Shown here: positions 63,688 to 64,000 of the stretch, in pieces | Layout of the letters: each line of letters starts with the position of its first letter | Position numbering within the stretch: the stretch's first letter is position 1 | Assembly (NCBI GenBank): GCA_951406725.2 | Contig: OX597823.1 | Location: forward strand, 85,498,001 to 85,562,000 | DNA length: 64,000 nucleotides | Source of the DNA: Octopus vulgaris | Lineage: Eukaryota | Reading direction: 5' to 3' | Position numbers and translations under genes: made by a program | Notes under the pieces: model-generated | Databases searched by the model: none | The model's input: the letters and a program-made list of their open reading frames with translations, nothing else | What the model was told of the DNA's origin: nothing

Positions 63688-64000
63688 AAGGCAACGAGCT
63701 GGTAGAAACGCTAGCACGCCGGTTGAAATGCTTAGCAATATTTAATCTGCCACTACGTTCTGGGTTCAAATTACGCCGAGGTCGACTTTGCTTATCATCG
63801 TTTCGGGGTCGATTAGATAACTACCAGTTACGCACTGGGGTCGATATAATCAACTCAATCCGTTTGTCTGTCTTTGTTTATCCTCTCTGTGTTTAGCCCC
63901 TTGTGGGTAGTAAAGAAATAGATGTTTCGTCTGCCGTTACGTTCTGAGTTCAAATTCCGCCGAGGTCTACTTTGCCTTTCATCCTTTCGGAGTCGATAAA
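63688..64000 (+). mobile_element. SINE family C multimer running off the window end
   Basis: Junction aagaaatag|atgtttcg at ~63921. Confidence 0.88.

Overview
AT-rich, microsatellite-saturated animal DNA, intergenic or deep intronic, with no recognisable host protein-coding exon. The SINE families and repeat landscape suggest an octopus or other coleoid genome (inference, not proven). Nearly all listed ORFs are microsatellite artefacts. The real coding signal is decayed transposon sequence: a Helitron Rep-helicase (614-3350, -), a CR1-group LINE RT (7270-8922, -), a mariner C-terminus (11785-12088, -), two Penelope-like (PLE) GIY-YIG fragments (25960-27395 -, 31770-31931 +), an R4/Dong-type RLE retrotransposon (27716-28421, -) and a Tc1 HTH relic (45607-45885, +). 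Three tRNA-derived SINE families occur in many copies. Points worth a second look: (i) several different minimal type-I hammerhead ribozyme motifs in short (TA)n-associated elements, one nearly intact (30411-30448), one in the 3' repeat of a PLE, and an incomplete core in a 466-bp tandem dimer; (ii) a 550-bp non-coding element seen only inside (TAA)n tracts, joined in the same phase and strand as the Dong-like LINE; (iii) SINE multimers with one fixed junction at five loci; (iv) LINE/SINE and autonomous/non-autonomous Helitron pairs visible from shared termini. Coordinates were read by eye and may be off by a few bases.
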